NCBI GenBank assembly: GCA_965214775.1 | Contig: OZ243974.1 | Coordinates: forward strand, 2,560,001-2,624,000 | Origin: Nitrosopumilus sp. | GTDB lineage: Archaea; Thermoproteota; Nitrososphaeria; Nitrososphaerales; Nitrosopumilaceae | Length of the DNA stretch: 64,000 bases | Direction: 5' to 3' | Shown: positions 41,213 through 50,332 of the stretch, piece after piece | Layout of the letters: each line of letters starts with the position of its first letter | Position numbering within the stretch: position 1 is the first letter of the stretch | Made by a program: the position numbers and the translations under genes | Notes under the pieces: model-generated | Database searches by the model: none | The model's input: only the letters and a program-made list of their open reading frames with translations | What the model was told of the DNA's origin: nothing

Positions 41213-41395
41213 CTGTTCTACCTGTCGCTTGGAATGTCTAACATCTGGATGATCGCAAGATCATGGTGCAAAAAAAAGAAGGAGATCAAGCTCAAGGTGC
41301 TGCTTGCCCACATTATAAGATGGTGTACAAGACCATGGAACAAAAAGCCCCCTGATCCGGGCTAGGGCAGGCCGGGGTCGCAATCGGAACTACTG
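41213..41395 (+). mobile_element. ISH3-family 3' remnant
   Basis: LFYLSLGMSNIW resembles LFYMPLILYNLW of the 32801 transposase; ends GGAACTACTG. Confidence 0.65.
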
Positions 41396-41490
41396 ATTTT
41401 ATCGTGTTTTTTATTTGAAAATGGTTCCTTTTACCAGATTCAGATATGTCCTATGATGTTATTTTCTAATTTGAAAATTTTTCAAAATAA

Positions 41491-41742
41491 TTATTTGTAG
41501 ATGTTTTCTCTGTTACCCATCTCCACCACAAAAATAATCAGTTTTCCTTGTTGTAAATCCAAAATTACACGGTAATTTCCAACTCGCAGTCTGTAAAATT
41601 TGGAATTTTCTAGTCTTAGAACTGCTGGAAATGGATTTTCTTTGATATCTTCGATTTTATCTCTGATTCTACGGGCTGTAGTTTTATCTAATTTCTTTAG
41701 TTGTTTTACAGACTTTCCAGACCATAGCACTACCCAAGCCAT
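41491..41742 (-). CDS. RelE/ParE-family toxin
   Basis: KQLKKLD...YRLRVGNYRVI. Confidence 0.9.
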   Translation of the reverse strand: MAWVVLWSGKSVKQLKKLDKTTARRIRDKIEDIKENPFPAVLRLENSKFYRLRVGNYRVILDLQQGKLIIFVVEMGNRENIYK

Positions 41743-41748
41743 TACAGG

Positions 41749-41976
41749 TCATAATCCTAATTCTTTATCTAGTTGTTCTGTGGTGTAGACTCTGCCTGCC
41801 TTTATGTCTGCTATTCCATCCTCGATATTCTGCATGGTTTCTGGTGATATTATGTCATCATAGTCTTTTTTTGCGAGCAATCTCTGTACCACATCATCAA
41901 ATGGTTCGTTTGGGTACAATCTTTGCTGTTCCAGATTGGTCTTTGTTTCATCTTTGAGTTGAATTGTTGTAGGCAT
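41749..41976 (-). CDS. cognate antitoxin (RHH-like)
   Basis: MPTTIQL...FDDVVQRLL...IKAGRVYTTEQL; directly upstream of the toxin. Confidence 0.8.
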   Translation of the reverse strand: MPTTIQLKDETKTNLEQQRLYPNEPFDDVVQRLLAKKDYDDIISPETMQNIEDGIADIKAGRVYTTEQLDKELGL

Positions 41977-42029
41977 CTATGGTTTGTTATAACAGATTAT
42001 AGTATAAAAAATATGCTGTTCTGCTATAT

Positions 42030-42120
42030 GTGAGAGTTTACCACTCCTCCAAGATACGACGTGGCAGGCGTGACCATGAAGGCTCCTGCCAGCAGTGCCG
42101 CCTGAGGGGTAAACTCTTAC
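42030..42120. mobile_element. MITE family F
   Basis: GTGAGAGTTTACC...GGTAAACTCTTAC; flanks CTGCTATAT/CTGCCATAT. Confidence 0.82.
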
Positions 42121-42184
42121 CTGCCATATTGGCAATTCAGATCACGATAAGAGCATAATAGACCTTGTGCGTAATCGACAGGAT

Positions 42185-42990
42185 TGTGTTATATGAAAAT
42201 TAGGTTCGTTAGTCATTGATGTCCCTCTCCATCCATTTTGGGTAGCTTTTCCTGATCGCTTCTGTGGCCTCCCTTGCCAAAAAGGCCTGCAGTGGCGTCT
42301 CACACTTGTCGATATCCAGCGCAAAGTGCAGCCTGCGCTCGTTATAGTATTTCACATATGCAGCCAGGCCCTCATAGTAATGGATTTCCTTCTCTATGCT
42401 GCCGTGGAATCGCTCCAGCTTGCCGTGGGTCTCCGGATGGTACGGTCTTGAGTTTATCAACCCGATGTCCCTGTCCAGCAGCTCGGCCTCAAATGCAGTC
42501 GGCGTCCATGTTCCCTTTGACATGTTCTTCTTGCTACGGCCGCCGTTGAAGCACCAGCCGTTGTCAGACAGTATGGTGGCCAGCGTGCCAAATCTGTCTA
42601 TGGCATCCCTGAGTGTTATCATCACGTTTTCTGATGTGGCCTCGGCAAACGTCCGTGCCGCCATGACACACCGGGATGAATCGTCCAAAAACGTGACTAG
42701 ATTGAGCCCTCTCAGGCGTGGATCCTTCATATCATGCCAGTCTACGTGCCACATTGCGTTGGAGTACTTGCGCTCATAGCGCAGCCACTTGCGCTGTCCG
42801 GATCTTGCAGCAGGCTTTGAGACCAGCTTGTTCTCACTCATTATCCTGTATACAGAGTCGTAGTATGTGGTCACGTCCCCCTACCATCTAGGCACGAAAA
42901 TTACAATCATGCACGCTAATCCGTGCCTAGCTGATGGGGGTAGGTGACCTCGTACGAGTCGTAGCTTATATTCAGTTGCTCCCTTGCTGC
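42185..42990 (-). mobile_element. truncated IS481-family element interrupted by MITE C
   Basis: WHVDWH, DDSSR, SDNG, GKLERFH; LNISY|DSVYRIM joins across the MITE; TGT end matches 46141. Confidence 0.85.
42863..42955. mobile_element. MITE family C, 8-bp TSD GAGTCGTA
   Basis: TSD 42855-42862 and 42956-42963. Confidence 0.9.
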
Positions 42991-43419
42991 CTGGCCTCCC
43001 TCTTGTACTGCATCTTCTCCTCCCTGCACTGTTTGACTTCCTCCTGATCCTGCCTGTGCCTTTGCCTGCACTGCTCATTCTCTTTCCTCAGTTGCCGTAT
43101 AAGCACGGTCTCGGATTTTGCCATCACTCCTGTTCGAGAATGGATCCCGGATCTAAATTAACCGACTGAAAATAATCGCAGTTTTGATCAAATATCTTGG
43201 ACAATGCGAGGCGCTGCCTGCCAGCCTGATGCATGATCAGCTTGCAAACATGATATTTCGATCCGGGCGATTACGCATAAAGTCTACTGTTAATTTTTGC
43301 AATTACTTTGTATTGGTATTCTATCTTGGCCATGATGGTTGAATTATGATTTTATTAAATAAAGATGGCAAAAACAAGCAATTAAAACGTTATATAATCT
43401 AATCATTTTAAAGTACGAA

Positions 43420-43806
43420 TTGGACACGTTGTCAGTATCCAGAAAACAACTGATTCTGGAAATTCGGGGAAGATCAAAAATTGCATGCGAACTCAAACGT
43501 CATCTGTCTCCTCGAACTGTTGGGACGATTGCAAGATCCCTGCCATTAGAAGGACATGCTCATCTTCTAGGCCAGAGCATCCTGTATTTTGAAACCAGTA
43601 TTGATTCTGGAATCGAAAGATCAAGATCCGAATTCAAGAGAGGCGATGTCGCCTTTTTGCCATCATCAGGCAGCGTCTGTTTTTTTATGAACGACGTGAC
43701 AACGGCAAAAACCATGACGCCAATTGGAAGATTAGACGGTAATGTTGATGCGCTAAACGATGTAAGGTCAGGAGACGTGCTTTGTGTCTATGAGGAGGAT
43801 GCCTGA
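43420..43806 (+). CDS. cyclophilin-like fold protein
   Basis: SPRTV...SLPL...YFET...GDVAFLP...VCFF. Confidence 0.75.
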   Translation: MDTLSVSRKQLILEIRGRSKIACELKRHLSPRTVGTIARSLPLEGHAHLLGQSILYFETSIDSGIERSRSEFKRGDVAFLPSSGSVCFFMNDVTTAKTMTPIGRLDGNVDALNDVRSGDVLCVYEEDA

Positions 43807-44099
43807 TACAGATGGTGTCCCGAATAGCCGCCAACCTTTTTTAAAGTCCCCTTTTCAGCAGACTCCTTGAGGAATCTGTTTGCCGCAGAAATTTTTACGC
43901 CTGTCTGCCTTGCAAGATCATGTGCCGTGATTACTTTGGCACCTTGAATGATTTTTGTCGCTTGTTGCTCGTTGACCATCACGGTAACTTCGGCTTTCTT
44001 TGGACCTCCCTCTGCCTTGCCTTTCTTGCCTTTCTTGGAATCTTTTGATCCTGCAGGTCTGTCTGCCTTTGCCGCAGTTGGTTTCTTTGCGCCACCCAT
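43788..44099 (-). CDS. rps25e: 30S ribosomal protein S25e
   Basis: Lys-rich N-terminus; KVITAHDLARQTGVKISAANRFL. Confidence 0.85.
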   Translation of the reverse strand: MGGAKKPTAAKADRPAGSKDSKKGKKGKAEGGPKKAEVTVMVNEQQATKIIQGAKVITAHDLARQTGVKISAANRFLKESAEKGTLKKVGGYSGHHLYQASSS

Positions 44100-44201
44100 G
44101 AGGCCTCAAAAAGAGATTCCTCTTATAAACGATGAATCATTCTGCTGAAAATTTCACAGATGATTTTTCAAATATAAATAGCATCTTTGCCCAGTCTGTT
44201 C

Positions 44202-44414
44202 ATGGGGGTTGTGTCCAAAGGAGCCAAGTGCAACATTGATGGGTGTGACAAAGACGGGGTCAGATCCTTGAACACGGCAAAAGTAGAGAATGCCGGCCTC
44301 AGAGTCAGTTCTGCCGGCAAAAAGACGGTCCTTTGCAAGGAATGCTACAAAGAGTACAAGAAGAATTCCAAGGAGGACAGAAAACTTGAGCGAGCCAGAT
44401 ATGACAGGTTTTAG
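44202..44414 (+). CDS. small Zn-binding conserved protein
   Basis: CNIDGC...LCKECYKEYKK. Confidence 0.75.
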   Translation: MGVVSKGAKCNIDGCDKDGVRSLNTAKVENAGLRVSSAGKKTVLCKECYKEYKKNSKEDRKLERARYDRF

Positions 44415-45514
44415 TTTTTCCCCTTTGATTTCTTTGCTGTTGTTGTTTTGATACTGGGATTTTCAGAATAATCTTTGCCTAGCTTGTCATATAATTTCCC
44501 TAGTTTTCTGTACAGTCTTTTTGGTCTTCTTGGATTTTGATTGGAAAGAACATACAGTGCCAGTATTGGAAATGCAATGGTTGCATCTGCGTAAACTGTG
44601 ACTACTCCTTTATGTGAATCCTGGACTTTGCCCCAGCTCTTTCCCTCTTGCAGCGTTGCCCCCGATAATCCTCCGGTGTCTGGACGGGCATCAGTGATCT
44701 GAATTATGTAATCCTGACCCCCGTCATTCCGTCTTAGAATTTGATCAAGCAGCGGCCCTGTTTGTTGGGCAGCATTTTTTGGTACCCCTCCGCCAATCTC
44801 CAGAATTCCCGACTTTTTTGAATCGTATAGGATTGCAGCCTGCTCTATGATTTCTCTGACAAAATCCAGGTTGTAATTTTTGCCGGCAAGTCTGTGAACT
44901 GCCAGGTTTAGGGCAAGCGACGAATCCTTGATTGTCGAGATGTAGACAGGCACGTCGTATTCGTATGCAGCAGTTACAAAGCTCTTTTCAGGATGCGTGG
45001 AGTTTTCCTTGCTTAGTTTTCCCATTAAATTGCAAAATTCCGCAGTCGTAAACGGCTCATCTGGAAAATCTTTTCCAAACATTTTCTGCACCACTTGATC
45101 CTGGGCCTCAAGAGTCTCATAAAATTTAACGTAGACATCCCTAATCCTGACAATCTCATTCTCGTACAGTTTCATGTCATCGACATCAAAACTCCCTTGT
45201 TTTACTGGCAGTCCCCAGGCAAAGTGATCCTCATGGTATACGTTTGCCCCCGTTGAGATGATCCAGTCGACAAAGCCCCTTTCGATCAAGGTTTTGATGA
45301 TTCCCCCAAATCCCACAGGAGTCATTGCCCCGGACACCGTTAAGCATATGGTTGCGTTTTCCTTTATCATCTTGGCATAAAGCTTTGCAGCTTCTCCCAA
45401 CTGCCTGCCGTTAAATCCGGAACTTGCAAAAACATCAACAAGCTGTTCTATTGTCATTTTTGGATCTAGTTTGATATGTGGAATGTCTTTTCCGTGAAAT
45501 TTGTGTGGATCCAA
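44411..45514 (-). CDS. dys: deoxyhypusine synthase
   Basis: SGAMTP, STGAN, GGGVPKN, GGLSGATLQEGKSWGK, DATI. Confidence 0.9.
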   Translation of the reverse strand: MDPHKFHGKDIPHIKLDPKMTIEQLVDVFASSGFNGRQLGEAAKLYAKMIKENATICLTVSGAMTPVGFGGIIKTLIERGFVDWIISTGANVYHEDHFAWGLPVKQGSFDVDDMKLYENEIVRIRDVYVKFYETLEAQDQVVQKMFGKDFPDEPFTTAEFCNLMGKLSKENSTHPEKSFVTAAYEYDVPVYISTIKDSSLALNLAVHRLAGKNYNLDFVREIIEQAAILYDSKKSGILEIGGGVPKNAAQQTGPLLDQILRRNDGGQDYIIQITDARPDTGGLSGATLQEGKSWGKVQDSHKGVVTVYADATIAFPILALYVLSNQNPRRPKRLYRKLGKLYDKLGKDYSENPSIKTTTAKKSKGKN

Positions 45515-45614
45515 TTTAACAAAAATGGATTTCTGTTGTAATTAACACTTGCGCAAGTCTCGGTGGGCTTTTAGCAGTCATCATTTATGTACTGATGGCG
45601 TAAACTAGTTCTCA

Positions 45615-45977
45615 ATGGATGTTGTTGATCTGCATGATCCATCCCGAGTCTCTCGAACTCCAGATGACATCAAAGTATTGTTGTTGGGAAAGTTTCCTCA
45701 GGATGAGTTTACCGTAACTAGAGTGGAATTAAGACTGTATAATGAAAAGACAGATGAAAAACTGGGTGCTTATTCCCTGATTACGTCTTTTGTTCAGACT
45801 GATTTGGGTTCAATAGAAATGGTTTATGATGAAGGGTTTAGGGGGGAGAACTCCCTATCTAGATCAGCGGAGTTTCTTGCCAGTAATTTGGGGGTCTCCG
45901 GCCTGATACTGCGTTCTGTAATATCATTACGGCATAAAAAACGTAACAGCTCAGACTCTGAAAGAGATCATTTCTGA
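45615..45977 (+). CDS. hypothetical protein
   Basis: 120-aa ORF. Confidence 0.7.
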   Translation: MDVVDLHDPSRVSRTPDDIKVLLLGKFPQDEFTVTRVELRLYNEKTDEKLGAYSLITSFVQTDLGSIEMVYDEGFRGENSLSRSAEFLASNLGVSGLILRSVISLRHKKRNSSDSERDHF

Positions 45978-46140
45978 TTTTAGACACGAATTCTATTTAA
46001 TTGTCATTTATCAGTAACAAAATTCACTTCCGAACTTCCAGAACACGAGCTGTTATCTATGTGGCGTAGTCCAGAATTTTTCCAGAAATCTATCGATAGA
46101 TTATAGACGCTATATGAAATCTTATCTGTATCCTGTGATA

Positions 46141-47205
46141 TGTATTATATGAAAATTATGTCGCACCATCACCAATGTCCTCCTCCATCCATCTTGGGTT
46201 GCTTTTCCTGATCGCTTCTGTGGCCTCCCTGTCGGAGAATGCCCGCAGCGGCGTCTCGTAGTTGTCGATGTCAAGCGACCAGTGCAGCCTGTCCTCGTTA
46301 TAGTAGTCGATGTATGCAGACAGACTCTTGTGGTTCCATATCTCCTCCTCGATGCTCCTGTGGAATCTCTCCAGTTTGCCATTGGTCTGCGGGTGATACG
46401 GCCTGGAGTTTATCAGCCCGATTTCGCAGTTGAGCAGCTCCTCCTCAAAGGCAGTGGGCCTCCATCCGCCCTTGGGCGGACTCTTCTTCTTCTTCGGATC
46501 CGAGCGCGCCCCGACAAAGCACTTGCCGTTGTCTGAGAGTATGGTGGCAGGCGCGCCGAACTGGGCCACGGCCTGCCGCAGGACCGCCACGACGTTTTCT
46601 GAGGTGGCCTCCCTGAACAGGCCCGCACCAGTCACGCACCTGGACGAGTCGTCTAGGAACGTGACCAAATTGAGCCCTGCAAAGCGCGGATCCTTCATGG
46701 TATGCCAGTCCACGTGCCACATGGCATTGGAGTATTTGCGCTCAAAGCGGACGTATTTTCTGGGCATTGATTTTGCAGCCGATGGCGTCACCAGCCCGTT
46801 TTCTTTCATTATCCTGTATACCTCGTAGTAGCTTATATCGAGTTGCCTTCGCAGCCTCTTGGCCGTATGAACCACCCCTGCTGCACTGTGTTTGTACTCC
46901 TCCAGGACTGCGCGCACGTCCCCGTCGGGAACCGGGGCGCTCTTTTTCCTTCCCGGCTTGAGCGGCACGTGGTGCGTGTCGCCTGTCTTCCTGAACCGGG
47001 CATACATCCGCTGGACGTGCCTTGTCGTGACGCCTATCTCCGGGGCCACCTCCGAGGGCTTTCGTCCCCCTGCACATTGCGTCACTGCGTATCTGATCTG
47101 CTTTGCCTCGAGCCTTACAACCATCGGTTTTCTTGATCGGTAAAGCCTAAAGTAATCCTTTGCAATCCTCCTCAAATTAGTGCGACCTAATTTTCGTACA
47201 ATAGA
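46141..47205 (-). mobile_element. IS481-family element
   Basis: Imperfect 26-bp TIR TGTATTATATGAAAATTATGTCGCAC / GTGCGACCTAATTTTCGTACAATAGA. Confidence 0.85.
46156..47124 (-). CDS. IS481-family transposase (rve integrase core)
   Basis: HTH, WHVD, SDNG, HPQTNGKLERFH. Confidence 0.88.
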   Translation of the reverse strand: MVVRLEAKQIRYAVTQCAGGRKPSEVAPEIGVTTRHVQRMYARFRKTGDTHHVPLKPGRKKSAPVPDGDVRAVLEEYKHSAAGVVHTAKRLRRQLDISYYEVYRIMKENGLVTPSAAKSMPRKYVRFERKYSNAMWHVDWHTMKDPRFAGLNLVTFLDDSSRCVTGAGLFREATSENVVAVLRQAVAQFGAPATILSDNGKCFVGARSDPKKKKSPPKGGWRPTAFEEELLNCEIGLINSRPYHPQTNGKLERFHRSIEEEIWNHKSLSAYIDYYNEDRLHWSLDIDNYETPLRAFSDREATEAIRKSNPRWMEEDIGDGAT

Positions 47206-47539
47206 ACAAAAATGTGGCGGTCCGACCATACATGCAAGGCCGATAACATCACATGACGTGTACACGTGAAGTATCTGATAAGATCAAAGCCCAAAAAGGG
47301 AACAGGCAGGTTCGAGGCGTATGCGACCATGCAGACAGTCGACTTTTGCAAGATAGTCGGACAGATCAACGCAGGGAAACTCGGGATGAGCGGCGATCGT
47401 GGTTTGTGATGTGCATGCTGACGTGGAGTGAAAGGGGCAAATCCACAACAGACGATGTCCTAAAGCTAGTTTAGGGGCGTGGCCTCATGCACGCCTAAAA
47501 GTGAAAGGTTTAATTCAATTATCCTGTCTGTTTGGAATC

Positions 47540-49429
47540 ATGAGAATACTCCAACTTCACTGTGACAGCATTGAATACACTCCAACAAAAAAAGAGATCA
47601 AAGCTGCCGAGGAAATAGAGAATACAGAGACTCAAAGACTAGAAGAAGTGGTAGTGGCGTTTGTTGCAATCGAAAACGACGACGACTCTTCAGTTGCACA
47701 GGATGCAATCTCTCAGATAAAATCATCCATGAAAAAAATCGGCTGTAAAAAATTACTGTTGTACCCTTATGCACATCTAAGCTCCAATCTTGCAAAACCG
47801 TCAACTGCAATGTCCCTGCTAAAGGAGATGGAGGAACACGCCTCCGAACTTGACGTATCTCATTCCCCCTTTGGCTGGACAAAGTCGTATCACGTACAGG
47901 TAAAAGGACACCCCCTTGCCGAGAGCTCCAAAACAGTCACAAAGGATTCCTCAAAACAATCAAAATCAAAAGAAGAGGAGGAGGGGGATGAGGAACACGC
48001 CTCTGAGGCTCTCAGAGGCGAGTCAACCATCCGTTCCCACTGGAAGATAATGTCGCCTGACGGAACAATGGCAAACATTGGCGATTTTGATTTTAAAGAC
48101 CACAAAAAACTAGAGATCCTTGCAAAATACGAATCTGCAAAATCCAGGCTTGTTGATGAGCCCCCGCCACATGTCGCCCTGATGAAAAAGCTTGGGATTG
48201 CAGACTATGAACCGGCGTCTGATTCCGGAAACATGAGGTTCTTTCCAAACGGCAGACTGATCAAATCATTGATTGAAAGATACGTTACAGACAAAGTCAG
48301 GGATTACGGGGGTTATGAGGTTGAAACCCCGATCATGTATGACTCTGAGCATCCAAGCATGATTAGTTACTTTAATCGGTTCCCGGCACGGCAGTACAAC
48401 ATTGATTCGGAGGGCAAGAAGCTGTTTTTGAGATTTGCAGCCTGTTTTGGGCAGTTCCTAATGGCAAACCACTTTCAAATGTCTTACAAGAATCTGCCCT
48501 ACAAACTCTACGAGCTTACACGATACAGCTTTAGACGGGAGCAGTCAGGTGAACTAGTCGGTCTGAGAAGGCTGCGTGCATTTACAATGCCAGACTGCCA
48601 CGCATTTTGCAAGGACTTGCCGCAGGCAGTAGGCGAAATCAAGGTCAGATTTGACTTGTCCAAATGCGTGCTCCAAGAGCTTGGAATTGAAGAATCCGAT
48701 TATGACATGGCAATTCGCTTCACCGAAGATTTCTACAACGAAAACAAGTCCGCAATTGAGGAACTGGTCAAAAAGCACGGACGGCCGGTTCTTGTTGAGA
48801 TGTGGAAGGAGAAGTTCTTTTACTTTGTGCTAAAGTGGGAATTTAACTTCATTGACAATCTTGGAAAGGCTTCTGCATTGTCTACTGATCAAATCGATGT
48901 GGAAAATGCAGACAGATACGGAATTGAGTTTATAGATGAAAATAACACCCCAAGGCACCCGATAATTTTACACAACTCTCCTAGCGGTGCAATTGAGAGA
49001 ATCATCTATGCCTTGCTAGAAAAGGCGGCAAAGGATTCCCAGGAAGGCAAAAAGCCATTGTTTCCCTTATGGTTGGCCCCCACGCAAGTCAGGATAATCC
49101 CCATAAAAGAGGAGTTTCACAGGTACTGTGAGTCACTAGAGCAAAAAATCTCATCTCACGGCATTCGGGTCGACATTGATGACAGGAATGAAAGCATCGG
49201 CAAGCGAATCAGGGGAGCTGAAAAGGAATGGATTCAGTACATTCTGGTGATCGGAAAAAGAGAAACAGATGACAGAGTCCTGAGTATTCGCGATAGGAGA
49301 ACCGGCAATGTCAGGGAGATTCCCTTTGAGGATTTCTTAAAGGAGGTTGGCGACCAGACCAAAGACAAGCCGTTTACAGGCCTGAATCTGCCAAAACACC
49401 TATCAAAAAGACCTCAATTGATGGTATAG
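47540..49429 (+). CDS. thrS: threonyl-tRNA synthetase (archaeal editing domain)
   Basis: MRILQLHCD, YPYAHLSS, KGHPLAE, LRFAACFG, FRREQ. Confidence 0.97.
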   Translation: MRILQLHCDSIEYTPTKKEIKAAEEIENTETQRLEEVVVAFVAIENDDDSSVAQDAISQIKSSMKKIGCKKLLLYPYAHLSSNLAKPSTAMSLLKEMEEHASELDVSHSPFGWTKSYHVQVKGHPLAESSKTVTKDSSKQSKSKEEEEGDEEHASEALRGESTIRSHWKIMSPDGTMANIGDFDFKDHKKLEILAKYESAKSRLVDEPPPHVALMKKLGIADYEPASDSGNMRFFPNGRLIKSLIERYVTDKVRDYGGYEVETPIMYDSEHPSMISYFNRFPARQYNIDSEGKKLFLRFAACFGQFLMANHFQMSYKNLPYKLYELTRYSFRREQSGELVGLRRLRAFTMPDCHAFCKDLPQAVGEIKVRFDLSKCVLQELGIEESDYDMAIRFTEDFYNENKSAIEELVKKHGRPVLVEMWKEKFFYFVLKWEFNFIDNLGKASALSTDQIDVENADRYGIEFIDENNTPRHPIILHNSPSGAIERIIYALLEKAAKDSQEGKKPLFPLWLAPTQVRIIPIKEEFHRYCESLEQKISSHGIRVDIDDRNESIGKRIRGAEKEWIQYILVIGKRETDDRVLSIRDRRTGNVREIPFEDFLKEVGDQTKDKPFTGLNLPKHLSKRPQLMV

Positions 49430-49438
49430 GGAAATGAC

Positions 49439-50332
49439 ATGAGCTTTGTTGATTTGTATATGAACGGCAACCCTATGATCACCAGATCAGATGAGGATTC
49501 TGAACCAGTGGCAACTGTTTTCGGAGTTCCTTTTGATGCGACTCATTCATACAAACCTGGTTGCCGTTTTGGTCCGGATGCCATACGCGGCTCTTTTAAC
49601 AATATCGAGGTTTTTCACCCGGAATTGCAAGTTGATTTGGAGACTGTCAATATCGAGGATTTGGGAAATACAATGCATACAGTCGTTTCATCCGAAATGA
49701 CAGACATGGTAAAAAAAATTACAGTTGAGCTTGTCTCAAAGCAAAGACAGTTGTTCATTTTGGGCGGGGAGCATTCCATTACATATGCCAGTTTTACCAG
49801 TTTTCCAAAGGACACTGCCTACGTAGTGTTTGATGCGCATTATGACTTGCGTGATGAGTTTGCAGGCAGCAGGCTAAGCCATGCATCTTATCTGAGGCGG
49901 ATTGTCGAAGAGAGGGGATCTGAGAATATTTTGCATGTCGGTGCCAGGGCATTTGTAAAAGAAGAACTTGAATTCCTAAAAGAGCACAATATCAAAACGA
50001 TTTCAGACAGGGAGATCCGTGACGGCAGGGGCCCGGAACTAATTTCAGGATTTCTTGGTTCCTTTGGCTCTGTTTATACGAGCTATGATCTTGATGTTTT
50101 GGATCCTGCGTTTGCCCCCGGTGTCGGAAACCCCGAGGCAGTTGGCATTACTTCACGAGAGTTATTTGACATGATCAACTCTCTTAAAGATTCCAGAGTG
50201 ACCGGGGCAGACATTGTAGAATTGAATCCATACCACGATAATGGCGCAACTGCCACTTTGGCTGCCAAAATCATGTCTGTACTGATTGCACAGAATTTAT
50301 GTACAACATCAGGTCCTTTTTATACTGACTAG
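49439..50332 (+). CDS. speB: agmatinase; C-terminus replaced by IS sequence
   Basis: GVPFD, GGEH, DAHYD, DLDVLDP, DIVE. Confidence 0.92.
   Translation: MSFVDLYMNGNPMITRSDEDSEPVATVFGVPFDATHSYKPGCRFGPDAIRGSFNNIEVFHPELQVDLETVNIEDLGNTMHTVVSSEMTDMVKKITVELVSKQRQLFILGGEHSITYASFTSFPKDTAYVVFDAHYDLRDEFAGSRLSHASYLRRIVEERGSENILHVGARAFVKEELEFLKEHNIKTISDREIRDGRGPELISGFLGSFGSVYTSYDLDVLDPAFAPGVGNPEAVGITSRELFDMINSLKDSRVTGADIVELNPYHDNGATATLAAKIMSVLIAQNLCTTSGPFYTD

Noticed and set aside
47206-47500. Hairpins resembling an IS200/IS605 end or omega-RNA upstream of thrS
   Set aside because: No tnpA or tnpB ORF; the adjacent sequence looks like an ISH3 scrap (RSKPKKGTGRFEAYATMQ); too weak to call
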